Source of the DNA: Sminthopsis crassicaudata
Lineage: Eukaryota
NCBI RefSeq assembly: GCF_048593235.1
Contig: NC_133620.1
Location: 344,425,765 to 344,489,764 of the forward strand
DNA: 64,000 bases
Direction: 5' to 3'
This document shows, piece after piece, positions 21,471 to 44,100 of this stretch (within the stretch, counting starts at the first letter, position 1; each line of letters opens with the position of its first letter). The position numbers and the translations under genes are program-made. The notes below the pieces were generated by a model. It ran no database searches and had not been told where the DNA came from. It saw nothing but the letters and a program-made list of their open reading frames with translations.

Positions 21471-21659
21471 AATGTTATGGAAGGAGTGTTGGACTTGGAC
21501 TAAGGCGAGATCCCTGTTCTCCTCCTAACACAAATCTGTGACTTGGCTAATCATTTTATCTTGCTGACTCAATTTTCTCATCTGCAAAACAGAAATATTG
21601 CACTACTCACCTCACAGGATTTTGTAAGGAAATTTCTTTATAAATCTTTAAAATGCCTT

Positions 21660-24532
21660 CTAACCAGTTAACTTTTAGACAAGATGTCTGCCTAAATAAA
21701 TAGAAAGATCAGTTCCCACATATCTAAGAGAGAAAAAAACATCCTGAAAACAAAACCATATCAAATAATGATCAAGAAACTCAAAGCAAAATCAAGATAG
21801 GTGACTCCGTCCAATCCAAAAGTATACAAAACGTCAGTCCTACAGACCCATAGGCAATGGGAAAGGGGACCACAAACAAAGCCATACTCCCCCTCCCCAG
21901 TCCCCTACCACACGTGTAGGTAAACAAACCAGCTGCCTCCCTCTTTCACCAGACACAAGCCAAGAAAATGCATAAACTATAGAACTCTTATGTCCAGAGG
22001 CAACAAAAGTAGGAGTTTCCCTAAGAAAATGACAGGGCCGTCACAAACTCCAAGATGGTTAGAAATAACACCTAGAGACCAAAAGCAGCAGCAACCAGAG
22101 TAGGAGAGTCAGAACTCAAACCAGGCCAAGATCCCTAGTTCTCTGATTTGAGATGCCATTAGAGGTCCTTAAAGATCCATTGTTCTGGACCTCAGAAATC
22201 CAAGAGGGTCTCAGCCTGAGAAATGGAGCTTAAATTAAAAGGCACCAAATTGACTTTCAGAGAGAACAAGTCCAGAGCCTGTCCCAAATCATAAACTAAA
22301 GCCAAAGAGATAAGTAAACAAATTACCAAGCAATGATCGCAATTCTAGAAATGCCCCAAAATTCACTGTAGAAAGAGAATCTAATGCCATAAACATCTAC
22401 AAGTAAAGACTCAAAGGGAAAAATGGGTTTTCTACAGGGACTATGTTAATGCCTAGAAATAGTGAAACAAGAAGTTAAAAAATGGAATACAAATTCTGCA
22501 GGAAAGAATTGAAGAGCTATTAAGTGTCTCAGAAGAGAGATTGGTTAACCTTCCCCACTCCCTGAAAATTAGAATAGACCAAACAGAAACCTTGAGACAG
22601 CAAGATATATTAGAACAAAACCATAGGGACAGCTAAGTGGCATAATAAATAGAGTGCCAGTCCTGGATTCAGGAGGACCTGAGTTCAAATGCAACCTCAG
22701 ACATTACACTAACTGTGTGATCCTGGGCAAGTCATTTCACCCAATTGTCTTGCCAAAAAACACTGAAAAATAGGAGTTGATATCAGATATATGATATCAA
22801 AAATAAATGATATGTAAAATGTCAAGGAGAAATCACTTAAGAATCACTGGAATTCTTGTAAATTATAATTAAAAAAAGAAAAAAGCCTGGACACTGCTCA
22901 CATCTAATAGAACTAGACAGCAAATTAAACATAAAAAGGATCTACAATCCCTTCCTGAAAGGAACACTAAAAGAAAAAAAGAAAAAAAAACCCACTAAAA
23001 TTCAGCTAAAATTTCACATCCAAGAAAATACATTGCAAGCATCCAAAGAACTGAGATCAGGTTATATGTGACCTGGCAGTTCCTACTATAAATGAGAAGA
23101 GATTTTAGAATACAATATTCTAGAGACAAAAAAAAATAGGGAATTAAAACTAAGAATAATTTGCCCTGCAAAACTAAGTATCATCCTACAGGGAAGATCT
23201 TTAATGAAATAAAGGACTTTCAAGCATTTCTGATGAAAAAAAAAACAAAAACAAAACAGAGGTGCATGTTTTGTGGTAGCAAAGAATTGAAAAATGAGTA
23301 TATGCCTATCAATTGGGAATAGTTAAACAAGTTGTGATATATGAAGATAATGGAATATTATTGTTCTATAAAAAATGATGAACAAGCTGATTATAGAAAG
23401 GTCTGGAAAAGTTTACATGAACTGAGCAAAACAAGCAAAACCAAGAATATATTGTATACAATACCAGCAAGAATGTGTGATGATCAAGTGTAAAAGACTT
23501 GGTTCTTCTCAGTAGGTCAGTGATTCAAAACAGTCCCAACAGACTTTGGACAGAAAATGCCATCTGCATCCAGAAAAAGAACTAAGGAGAAGGAATGTAA
23601 ATTAACACAGGCTATATTCACTTCTTTTTAATTTGTTTTATCTCTCCCATGATTTTTCCTTTTTGCTCCAAAACATTTTGTTTTCCATCATGATTCATAA
23701 AACAATGTGTATTTAAAAAAAAAAAGAAAGAAAGAAAGAAAGAAAAAAGGGAAAAAGAAGACAAGAACTGCAGGAAAATTTTAAAGTACAAAAAAGAGAA
23801 AAGGAAAACTAGGAAAGTAAATTTACTTGAACAATTGGAAGGCCTTGTATGGTGATGAAGTGCTAATATCTAAATAAGAAGAAAAGACATAAAATTTTTC
23901 AGAAGTTTAATGTTTTCAAAGGGCATTGAAGGTGAGGGTGGATTGATTCTGTCCTGAAGGTTTTAAGAAGAGAAAAAGAAGGAAGAGTGGCAGGAATACA
24001 CACGTATAGAAAAGAGAAAGAAAAAATGAGTAGAACTTGCTATTTTTCAGAATTGAGATGCTTGAGGATAGAATAAATGATGTGGTATGGGCATTAGATG
24101 AATTTCTCAACTTAGGGTGGATGAAGTATTGAGTACATACATATACAAACATAATTTTGTATAGAAATACTTCAAACTCCAACTACTATAGATTTAGCTC
24201 TTCTTAGCAATACAATAATCCAAGACAATTCCAAAAGACCCACTCATGGAAAATGCGGTTGACATCCAGAGAAAGAATTAAGGAGTATGAATGGAGATCA
24301 AAGCATACTATTTTCACTTTTGTTGTTTTTTATTTTTTCTTTCTTATATTTTTTCCTTTTTGTTCTGATTCTTCAATGTGACTAATAATATACAACATAA
24401 TTGCACATATATAACCCATTTGAGGTTGCTTGCTTTCTTAGGGAAGGAGTTGGAAAGGGAGAGAGGAAGAAAAATTTGGAACTCAAAATCTTACCAAAAT
24501 GAATGTTGAAAACTATCTATATTTGTAATTGG
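21660..24532 (+). mobile_element. Cluster of old L1 pieces (5'/ORF1 remnant, two 3' ends) with a nested SINE at about 22626-22762
   Basis: A-rich decayed L1-like sequence; ORF2 C-terminal/3'UTR motifs at 23270-23760 and 24175-24532. Confidence 0.55.
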
Positions 24533-24709
24533 NNNNNNNNNNNNNNNNNNNNNNNNNNNNNNNNNNNNNNNNNNNNNNNNNNNNNNNNNNNNNNNNNNNN
24601 NNNNNNNNNNNNNNNNNNNNNNNNNNNNNNNNNNNNNNNNNNNNNNNNNNNNNNNNNNNNNNNNNNNNNNNNNNNNNNNNNNNNNNNNNNNNNNNNNNNN
24701 NNNNNNNNN
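24533..24709. other. Assembly gap (177 N)
   Basis: N run. Confidence 1.
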
Positions 24710-24809
24710 GGGAAACCAGGGAGGGAACAGCCCCCAAAGAAAACACTTTCTAAGAGGATTCACTGTACATTGGAGAATTACTGAACAGATTGTGGGAAGG
24801 AAAGAGGAA

Positions 24810-25840
24810 ACCAAGGATTATCATATAATTTCTGTTGGTTTTGTTATTGATATGGTCTATTATGGCAATAATTTTCCTGATATGAACCAGCCCAGAATTC
24901 CTGGTATAAATCCCATTTGGTCATAGTGTGTTATCTTGCTGATAAATTGTTGTAATCTTTTGCTCACATTTCATTTACATTTTTTGCATCAATATTCGTT
25001 AGGGAGACTAGTCTGTAATTTTCTTTCTCTGTTTTGACTCTTCCCAGTTTAGTGATCAGTACCATATTTGAGTCATAAAATTAATTTGGCAAGACTCCTT
25101 CTTTACCTATTTTTCCATAGGGTTTACATAATATTGGAATTAATTGTTCTTTAAATGTTTGGTAGAATTCACTTGTAAATCCATCTGGCCCTGAAGATTT
25201 TTTCTCAGGGAGCTCACTGATGGCTTGTTCAATGTCTTTTTCTAAATGTAGACTAAATAATTTGTTTCCTCTTCTGTTAATCTGGACAATTTATGTTTTT
25301 GTAAATATTCATCCATTTTTATTAGATTGTCAGATCTGCTAGCAAACAATTGGACAAAATAGCTCCTAATTATTTGCTTTAATTTCTTTTTCATTGGTGG
25401 CAAATTGACCATTTTCAGTTTTGATGTTGGTAAATTTGTCTTTTTTCCTTTTTCTAATCGAATTAATCAAAAACATCTATTTTGTTGGGATTTTTTTTCC
25501 ATAAAACCAATTTTAGTTTTATTAATCTTTCCTTTGAGTTTAGGAATTTCTAATTTAGTATTTAATTGAGGGATTTAATTTGGTCTTTTTCAAGCTTTTT
25601 TAGTTGTATGCCCAATTCATTGATCTTCTTTTTCTCTATTTTATACATGTACCTATTTAGAGATATAAAATTTCCTCTAAGAACTGCTTTGGCTGCATCC
25701 CATAGGTTTTGATATGTTGTCTCATTGTTGTCATTCTCTTAGATGAAATTATTGTTTCTATGATTTGTTGTTTGACCCACTCATTATTTAGAATTGGATC
25801 ATTTAATTTCCAATTGGTTTTTAGTCTATCTTTCTTTGGT
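24810..25840 (-). mobile_element. L1 ORF2 (endonuclease/RT) remnant
   Basis: Minus frame ...WKLNDPILNNEWVKQQIIETI... is typical of L1 ORF2. Confidence 0.8.
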
Positions 25841-26948
25841 CTTTTATTGAATGTAATTTTTATTGCACTGTGGTCCAGTTCATTGTTGTTGTTTTTCCTG
25901 TGAAGCATTTGGGGTTAAATGATTTGCTCAGGGTCACATAGTTAGTAAATGTTAAATATTGGAGGCAGGATTTGAACTGACTCTAGGGCTGATGCTCTAT
26001 TCACTGTGCCATCTAGCTGCCCTGAGAAGCAAGGAAGGAAAGATAGAAGGAAAGGAAGGAGGATGGAGTAAAGGAATGAAAGAAGAAAACAAGGAAACAT
26101 TTAACCATCTGTCCCATTTTTGCATTGTCTCATTTGCTTCTCACAACAGCCCTGAGAGGTAAATGCTATCATTATCTCTATTTTACAGTTGAAGAAACTG
26201 AGGCAGAAAAGAGAGGTTCATCAACCTGCTCAGGATCATACAGCTGGTTACATGTCTGAGCCATGATCTGAAATGAGGCCAGGACTGGGTTTTTCTGACT
26301 CCAGACATCCAGGAATCCAGGATGATTCCATCCTTAGGCCACTTATTCAACCACTCAGACCTGTATTTCCTTATCTATAAAATCAGGAAAAGAATACATC
26401 AGAGGGTTGTATTTAGGAAAACACTTTACAAACTTTAAAGTGACTTATAATGGGAATTCTTTTGTTTTAAATTGTTCTCAACTTAATGAGCACCCTTCTC
26501 CTAAAAGAAAGTTTATATATAAAATAGGACAGAAAAAAAGATTCTACAAGAAATCACAAGTCTTTATTATATACATGGCTTGCTTTTTAAAAAAAAGTAA
26601 ACAATAAAAATGGCACCATAGATAGAATATTGGGCCTGGGGTTAGGGAGACCCTATTTCAAATTCAGCCTCAGAAACTTACTAGAAGTGTGACTTTGAGT
26701 ATTTAGCAGACATTTAATCATTTCTGACTCAGTTTCCTTTTCTGTAAAATGAGGTCAGTAATAGCACCTATCTCCCAGAATCAAAAGAGATAATATCTAT
26801 AAAGTACTTTGCAGACTTTAAAGCACTATATAAATGCTAGCTATTATTATGTGCAACTTGAGCTTTAAAATATGTATATCAAATTCAAATGTTATTTTCA
26901 AAGCTGTCCCATTTCCCTTTTTTCTTTCAGACCTTTTCTTTCTTCTCT

Positions 26949-26950
<2 letters not shown>

Positions 26951-27007
<57 letters not shown>
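26951..27007. repeat. (TA)n microsatellite
   Basis: About 28 TA units. Confidence 0.95.
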
Positions 27008-27010
<3 letters not shown>

Positions 27011-27985
27011 ATACATCAAGGTTTCTTTTGTCTTTTTGTCTTTTTGGGGGGGAAGCAGGAGGAGGTGCTATCCTATTCTCTAGTCTTCCTCTTCTTCTCA
27101 TCCCATTGAAAAAGAAAAAAATACAACCCTTATAACAAATATACATAGTCAAACAAAATGTGTTTTCACATTGACTATGTCCAAAAATGTATGTTTTATT
27201 CTGCATATTAAATCCATCTCTTGTCAGGAAGTAGTAGTTTGCTTCATCAATGGTCCTCTGAAATTGTGGTTGGTATTTCATTGATCAGAATTCTTAAGTG
27301 CTTCAAAATTGTTTTTCATTGCAATGTTGTTATTATTGTTCAATTATGTCTAACTCTTTGTAACCTCACTTGGGGTTTTCTTGGCAAAGACATTGAAGTG
27401 GTTTGCCATTTCCTTCTCCAGATCATTTTACAGATGAGGAAACAGGGTTAAGTGGCTTGTTCGGGGTGAGGTAGAGCTAGTAATTAGCCTGAGTTCCCTC
27501 AGAATTTGGACCACCACTGGTCCTCAGATTTGAATTCAGATTTTCTGATCCCAGATCTGACATTCTATTTCCTGTGCCCCATTTTATTTATAACACTTGT
27601 TATTATGTTGCATAATTTTATGTTGCTCTGTATATTTCACTCTGTCCGGTTATAAATCTTCACACAGGTTTCTCTGAAATTGTCCCTTTCATCATTTCTT
27701 CTGGTATAATAATATACCATTACATTCTTTTATCCTAATTTGCTCAGCACTTCTCCAGTGGTTGGGTATCTTCTTTGTTTTCCAATCATTTCCTATAACA
27801 AAAAAGAGCTACTATAAATTTTGTACAAATGGTGGTATCGCTGGGTCAGAGGATATCTACAATTCAGTGACTATGGGGGCACAGACAATTCCAAGTTACT
27901 TTCCAGAATGACTAAACCAATTCATGGTTTTACCAACATTCTGCCATGTGCGCTCATCAGCAGTAGGGGTAAATCATGGAAGAGA

Positions 27986-28057
27986 GCCTGTGCTCTGGGG
28001 CCGGCAGCGGCAGGGGCAGCGGGCTAGCTGCCGGGGCTACCAGGATGCCGCCGCGGA
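27986..28057 (+). repeat. 72-bp copy of the FAM171A2 5'UTR and start codon
   Basis: Identical to 29115-29153 joined to 29191-29223. Confidence 0.92.
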
Positions 28058-28699
28058 AGAAGTGTGCATGGTCCACTGTGTCTGGAATCAGAGGACCAGA
28101 ACTTGAATATTTGCTCATTAACTAAGCAGCCACTTGATGATACAATGGACAAGGTGCTGGATTTGGAATTAAAAAGAAATGAGTACAAATCCCAACTCAG
28201 ACATTCACTAGCTGTGTGACCTCTCTACTTCTATTTTCCTTCTCTGTAAAATTGGAATAATAATGATACTCATCTCACAGGGCTGTTGGGAATATGAACT
28301 TTAAAGTAATATATAAATGCTATGTGACTCTGAACAAATGTGATTACTGTGCTAGTTATTGTCACTTAGCTTCCCTGGATCTCAGGGGGAAAAAAAAGAG
28401 AAAGTGAGATAGATAGGGGATAGACAGAAGGGGAGGAGGTTAGTTGGACTAGATGGTCTGGGGGTAGGTGAAAGAAAGAGTCCTGCCTTCAAATATAAGA
28501 AAGTCACAGTCTTATTCTGCTTTTCAGGATGAGAATGAGGCAATAGGATGAGAACTAATGGAAGGAACCTTAAAATGAGGCAGATTTTGGCATAAAGTGG
28601 CTCAGAATCCAATCTAGGGAAGGAAGGAAGGATGAATGGATGGGGGGATGGATGAGTGGATGGGTGGGTGGAAGGGCAGATGGGGGGACTGCCCCCTAA

Positions 28700-28820
28700 G
28701 TAGTGAACTGTCTCCCTACCACAGGAAGTTCCCTCAGAAGTTGGACCCACCACTGGTCAGGGACCTTGTAGAGTATAAATGCAAGACTGAACTTGACCTC
28801 AGGGTTCCCTTCCAACTAGG
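28700..28820 (+). mobile_element. Diverged L3/CR1-type 3' end upstream of FAM171A2
   Basis: tagtgaactgtctcc...ccactggtcagggaccttgtagag...gacctcagggttcccttccaact. Confidence 0.5.
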
Positions 28821-29210
28821 AGGCCGGAGGTTGTTATCGGGGGCTGGGATATTGTCAGAAGGAGGATGAGTGTGCTAGGTGATGGGACCCGATGGGGTGG
28901 GGGCGTAAGGAGGAGAGGAGAAGAGAGGGGAGGGGGCGGCATTGCCCGGCGCGGCCTGCAGGGGGGGCCGGCGGGCGGGCTGAGACAATCGCGGGGAGCC
29001 GGCGGAGCGGGGCTGCGCGGGGCGGGGGCTGCGGGCTGTCTGCCGGAGGAGGAGGAGGAGGAAGAGGAGGAGGAGGGAGGGGCGGGCGGTGGCCGGGCCT
29101 GTGCCTGTGCCTGTGCCTGTGCTCTGGGGCCGGCAGCGGCAGGGGCAGCGGGCAGCGGGCAGCGGGCAGCGGGCGGACGGGATGGGCCGCTAGCTGCCGG
29201 GGCTACCAGG

Positions 29211-39651
<10,441 letters not shown>

Positions 39652-40390
39652 CCGCCCCCAGGGCAGGCGCTGTGGTGGCCGTGGGGGCGCCCCGGCCCGG
39701 GCCCTCCTCCGACACAGCAGTGCCGGGGCCAGGCGTCCGGAGAAGCACCCAGCCTCCGGGGCTGGCTGCGGTGGGAGCGGGCCAGGGGCTGCACCTCTCC
39801 CGGGGACCTGGGGAGTGGCCAGGAGGAAGCCTCAGGGGACGGGGCAGGGTGGCTGGTGGGGGAAAACGGAGACTGAAGGAAGGGGGGAAAAGGGAGGGGA
39901 GAGCTTTGTCCCTTCCCCACACACCAGGCTCCTCTGGGGGTCCTCCCCCCCTCCCCAAGTGCCTTTTCTCCCTGGCCTCTCCCTGACCCATTCTGCCCAT
40001 TAGGAGGGGCTAGGACTTTCAAGGTACCAGAAAAGGAATGGCGGGCCCCAAACCCTAAAAAACACAAACCCTTTTGGAGGCTGGGGGGAAGGGAGAGACT
40101 TCCATCATTTGTACAAATACCCTGTATATAGAAAGCTCTATTGTGGGGAAGATGGGGGTAGGGAGACAGGTCCAAGCCGGGGGAGGGGAGGGGGTGCTCT
40201 AAGGAGGACGGGATCCCTGGGCCAGGAGTGGGGGAAAAGGGGAGGGGGGGGTGGCATGCGTGCTGCTCATTCACCAGCCTGCAAAGTTGGCACCACGTCA
40301 TCTAGAACCTGGTCTAGGCCGCTGCCAGGAGTGCCCCAGGCAGGCTGCATTGGGAGAGACGGTGGGAACCAAGAGGCTGGCTTGAGAGAC

Positions 40391-40400
40391 AATACATAAA
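40391..40400 (+). terminator. FAM171A2: Candidate non-canonical poly(A) signal of FAM171A2
   Basis: Overlapping AATACA/CATAAA followed by a U-rich tract at 40428-40439; no AATAAA on the plus strand before GRN. Confidence 0.4.
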
Positions 40401-40600
40401 TACGACTGACTCTGACTGATGCTGGCATTTTTCTTTCTTGGGGAGGAAGGGAGGGACTGAAAGAGATGGGCCCCCCATCCTAGGAGCCAAACACAGTGAC
40501 TCCAGAAGGCCCCTTGGAAGGGGAGAGGTCCGTGCCCCTCGCCCAGGCCCGGCCCAGCCCAGCCCAGCAATAGACAAGCATTTTAACAAACTGTATAAAT

Positions 40601-40606
40601 TTTATT
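40601..40606 (-). terminator. GRN: GRN poly(A) signal
   Basis: TTTATT on plus = AATAAA on minus, about 390 nt after the stop. Confidence 0.7.
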
Positions 40607-40999
40607 GCGGTGTCAGCCCCTCTCAAACATCCCCCTTGAGTACAGGAGAAAAGAGCAGTCAGACAAATGGAACCCTCTAAGTCCAGAGGAACCTCCCCCC
40701 AAACTGAGATGACTAGGGCCATGGAAAATCATAGTGAGAAGGCTTGCCTCTGGCCTCTGTGCTGCCCACCCAAGCCCCTGGGGGCCGAGGCGGAGATCGG
40801 AGGGGAAAAGCCCAGACTGGCTTTGCTGCCAGGAAGTTGAATGACCATGATGAGGAAGGTGGAGAGGAAGGGGCTGAGAAGACCCAGTGTTGGGGAAGCC
40901 ACAGCTGAGGAGGCCCGAGTGACAAACTCCCCAGCGGTGTCCTTGCCGCAGGGGCGGAGTGCCTGGAAGAGAGCGGCGAGCCCTCGGGGTCTGTCCTAC

Positions 41000-41119
41000 T
41001 CATAGCAGCGTCCAGAGGTTATCCCACCGAAGTTTCTTCTTTCGAAAACACTTGGTGCCCTTGGCCCCGCAGCGGAAGCCATTGGGACAGCAGTGCAGGC
41101 CATCGGGACAGCACACCCC
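41000..41119 (-). CDS. GRN: GRN exon 13 coding part
   Basis: [39 protein letters not shown]-stop. Confidence 0.95.
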   Translation of the reverse strand, partial: GVCCPDGLHCCPNGFRCGAKGTKCFRKKKLRWDNLWTLL

Positions 41120-44100
41120 CTGCAGGGAGAAAGACAGCACATGAGGGCCACGAGGCTCTTCACCAGGGAGCAGACGGGAACCATGGGGAGAAGGGGGGGA
41201 CAGACAGACCTTTTCCAGTGGGCAGCAGGTCCAGCTTCCCGCCTTGTTTGAGCAGCAGGTCTGGTGGTCATGGCAGTAGCTCCTGCCCTCGCACTGCACG
41301 TCCCCGCTGTCCATCCCCACCATCAGGGGCTGGGAGGATGTGGGGGGCTTTTCCAATCCTTGTTTTTCACAGGACCTGGCCTTCACATTGCAGGTATAGC
41401 CCGATGGGCAGCAGTGCTCACGATCCTCACAGCACACAGCCTGGAAGAAGTCAGCATGAGGTTCTTGGGGCTCTGGCTTCCCCTCCTGCTCACTTGTATG
41501 GAGAATGGTCCCCAGAAGCTGCCTTTAACCCAAGGAAAGGAACTTCCACTGCCCCTTTTTCCCAGCAGACCCCAGGAGAGGAGGAAAAGAGCCCCACCTG
41601 GGGAGGGGGGCTAGGACTCACATGGGGAAGCTGGCAGCAGGCCCAGCCCCCTCGAAGGCTGGGACAGCAGGTCTGTCCATCCGGGCACCTGGTGTGCTGG
41701 TCACAATCCACAGAGCTAGAGGCCAGAAGCTGGGATGCTGGCCTCTTGGGCATCCAGGGCACGACGTGGTGCTCCTTCTTACAGCCCTCTGGGTGACAGA
41801 CATAGCCTTCGGGGCAGCAGTGCTTGCCGTCAGGACAGCACACAGCCTAGTTTGGGGGAGGAGGAAGGGCAAGGACTCAGGACAGGCTGCTGTCTAGGAG
41901 GGGAGAAGCTCATGGCCAATCCCTGAATTTTCTCAGAGTGCTCCCATCTTGCTCTTTTCCGGGATTGCCTTTACTCCTTAGAGAGCTGGAAGAGAGTGGG
42001 GAGAATGCAGAAGCCCTCCCAGACCACAATGGGCCCCACTGTACCTTTGGAGCAGGGCAGCAGCCCCACTCCCCCGATTCCAGGAGGCAGCAGGTGGTCC
42101 TGGGGGGGCAACTGGTGCTGTTGTCACAGGGGACATTGTCCCCAGTAGTGAGGGAAGTGCTGCTCTTTAGCAACGGCGTGCTGAGGGCCCCCTGTTTACA
42201 CTGGCCCGCCTCTGTGTCACAGGTGTAGCCATGGGGGCAGCAGTGGATGTGGTCATCGCAGCACACGGCCTGGGGAGTGAAGGAGTACCTTTGACCTTAA
42301 GGTCATCCCCAGAGCTGCAAGGGAGCAGGAGACCCAGCCAGTTTGAGGCTCTTCCCCCCCCACCACCACCACTCTTTTCCATTCCCTCTACTTTTCCCAG
42401 GTACCTCAGGAAACGGGCAACACCCCCAGCTTCCGGACTGCAGGCGGCAGCAGGTGTTGCCATCTGGGCAGCTCATCTGTCCATCACACTTCACCTCCTG
42501 CACTGGGGGAGAGGGCCAGGTGATAGTCAGGGACAGATGGGGGAGGGGCACAAAGCGCTGTCTTTCTGCCCTGGGCGAAGTGAATCTGTACATTCTCCCC
42601 CTCCCACCACCCTCCTGCTCCCCAACCCCTTCTCCTCAGGTACCTGTTTCTGCAGGCAGCTTGGTAAGGAGGTCAGTGGCACCTCCTGTTTTGGAGAGGC
42701 ATTTACCCTCCTGCAGGTCGCATATGGTGGCCTGAGGGCAGCAGTGCATTTGGTCTTGGCAACAGACGGCCTGGGAGAGGGGGGAAGGCTGGGTATAAGC
42801 ACCTGGGGGGGGGAGAGGGGAAGAGCAGGCCACCCAGTGTTGTTGCCCACGCTCACCGCCAGGGGGCAAAGTGTGGCAGAGTTGGGGCCTGAAGGCTCAG
42901 AGGCCCAGGGGCTCACACTAAGTCTGAGTCTATTAAGGAAAGTCTGGAGTCCTGTGGCCTACCTGGGCCCCAGCTTGGGAGGGGGAAGGGGGAGAAATCC
43001 CCAGACCCCTTCCACACTCACATTTGGCAATGGGCAGCAGCCATATGATCCACTGGGCAGCTGGCAGCAGGTGGTGCCCTCAGGGCACTGGGAATGGGCA
43101 TCTGGGCAAATCACCTTGGTGACCATCAGGGCTGAAAGAGGAGAAAAAGGCTAAGATCACGGAAAGAGGCCCCCAACAAGACCTTTGCTGAAGCCAAGTT
43201 CTTAGTTCCCTTCCCTGCCCCACGTTTCTTACCTTCCCTGTCCTGCTGAATTTTTTTAGCAAGAGTTTTCTGTGCCCATGGGTAGGTGCCACCACTGGCT
43301 GTGATGCAGCGGGCACGAGCCAGGTCACAGGAGGTGCCCTGGGGACAGCAGTGAATTTTGTCTTCACAGCAAGAAGCCTGGGGAAGATGTACATCATTTA
43401 TGTGCCTCGTTCAGACCTCAGCCCTTCCCACCGTCCTCCAGGATAGGTACCTGGGGCATGGGGCAACAGCCCCAGGAGCCATCCGACATGATGCAGCAGG
43501 TGGAGTCATTGGGACATTCAAACTGGCTGTCTGGGCACTTCACTGCTCTGGAGCTGGCATCTATTAAAACAATAAAGCAGGATCTTTCCCTAAACTGATC
43601 ACTTCTCCCCCACCCCAAACGTCTTTTCTCCCCACCTGGCCAAAACTGGAGTAGAAAGATTAGCAGGCGGACCCCCAGACTTATTCTAGGGCCCCCCACG
43701 GAAACTGCCTTTGGTGCCAGGTTTACCCTCCCCCCAGTTTCAGATTGCTAATGAGCACACCAGGTTAATGCTAAATTGCCCTCCCTGGTGCTTATTTCTA
43801 ACAGATGGAGACCATGAAGCCCACATGTGGGTTCTCACCTGGGTCTACTCCCCAATCCATTCAATGAACAGATATAAAAACTGAGTCCCAGAGTGATCTG
43901 CCTATAATTACACAGTTAACAAGTGGCAAAGCCAGGATTCAAATCCTGCATTTTTTCCTGTCTCACTACCTCCTCTGACAAATTCCTTCCTCAGCCTTTA
44001 ATACTCCCGCTCCTCCCTTTCTACCAGAGGCCCAGCTATTCCATACCTTGTACCTTAAAGCAGGAATGACCATTTGGGCTGCAGTGGAATCCACGAGGAC

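Noticed and set aside
24491-24814. ORFs spanning the N gap
   Set aside because: Open only because Ns contain no stop codons
26834-27281. ORFs with poly-IY runs
   Set aside because: Translation of a (TA)n microsatellite
27986-28057. Processed-pseudogene or spliced-intron explanation for the 72-bp copy
   Set aside because: The 37-nt missing segment has no GT/GC-AG ends in any register, there is no poly(A), and no exon 2 sequence follows
42231-43154. 307-aa plus-strand ORF antisense to GRN
   Set aside because: GC-rich antisense frame with no independent coding signature
44051-44054. Alternative GRN exon 4 donor (AAG/GTACAA) 7 nt upstream of the chosen one
   Set aside because: Gives 78 nt and breaks phase with exon 5; the 85-nt exon matches the conserved length
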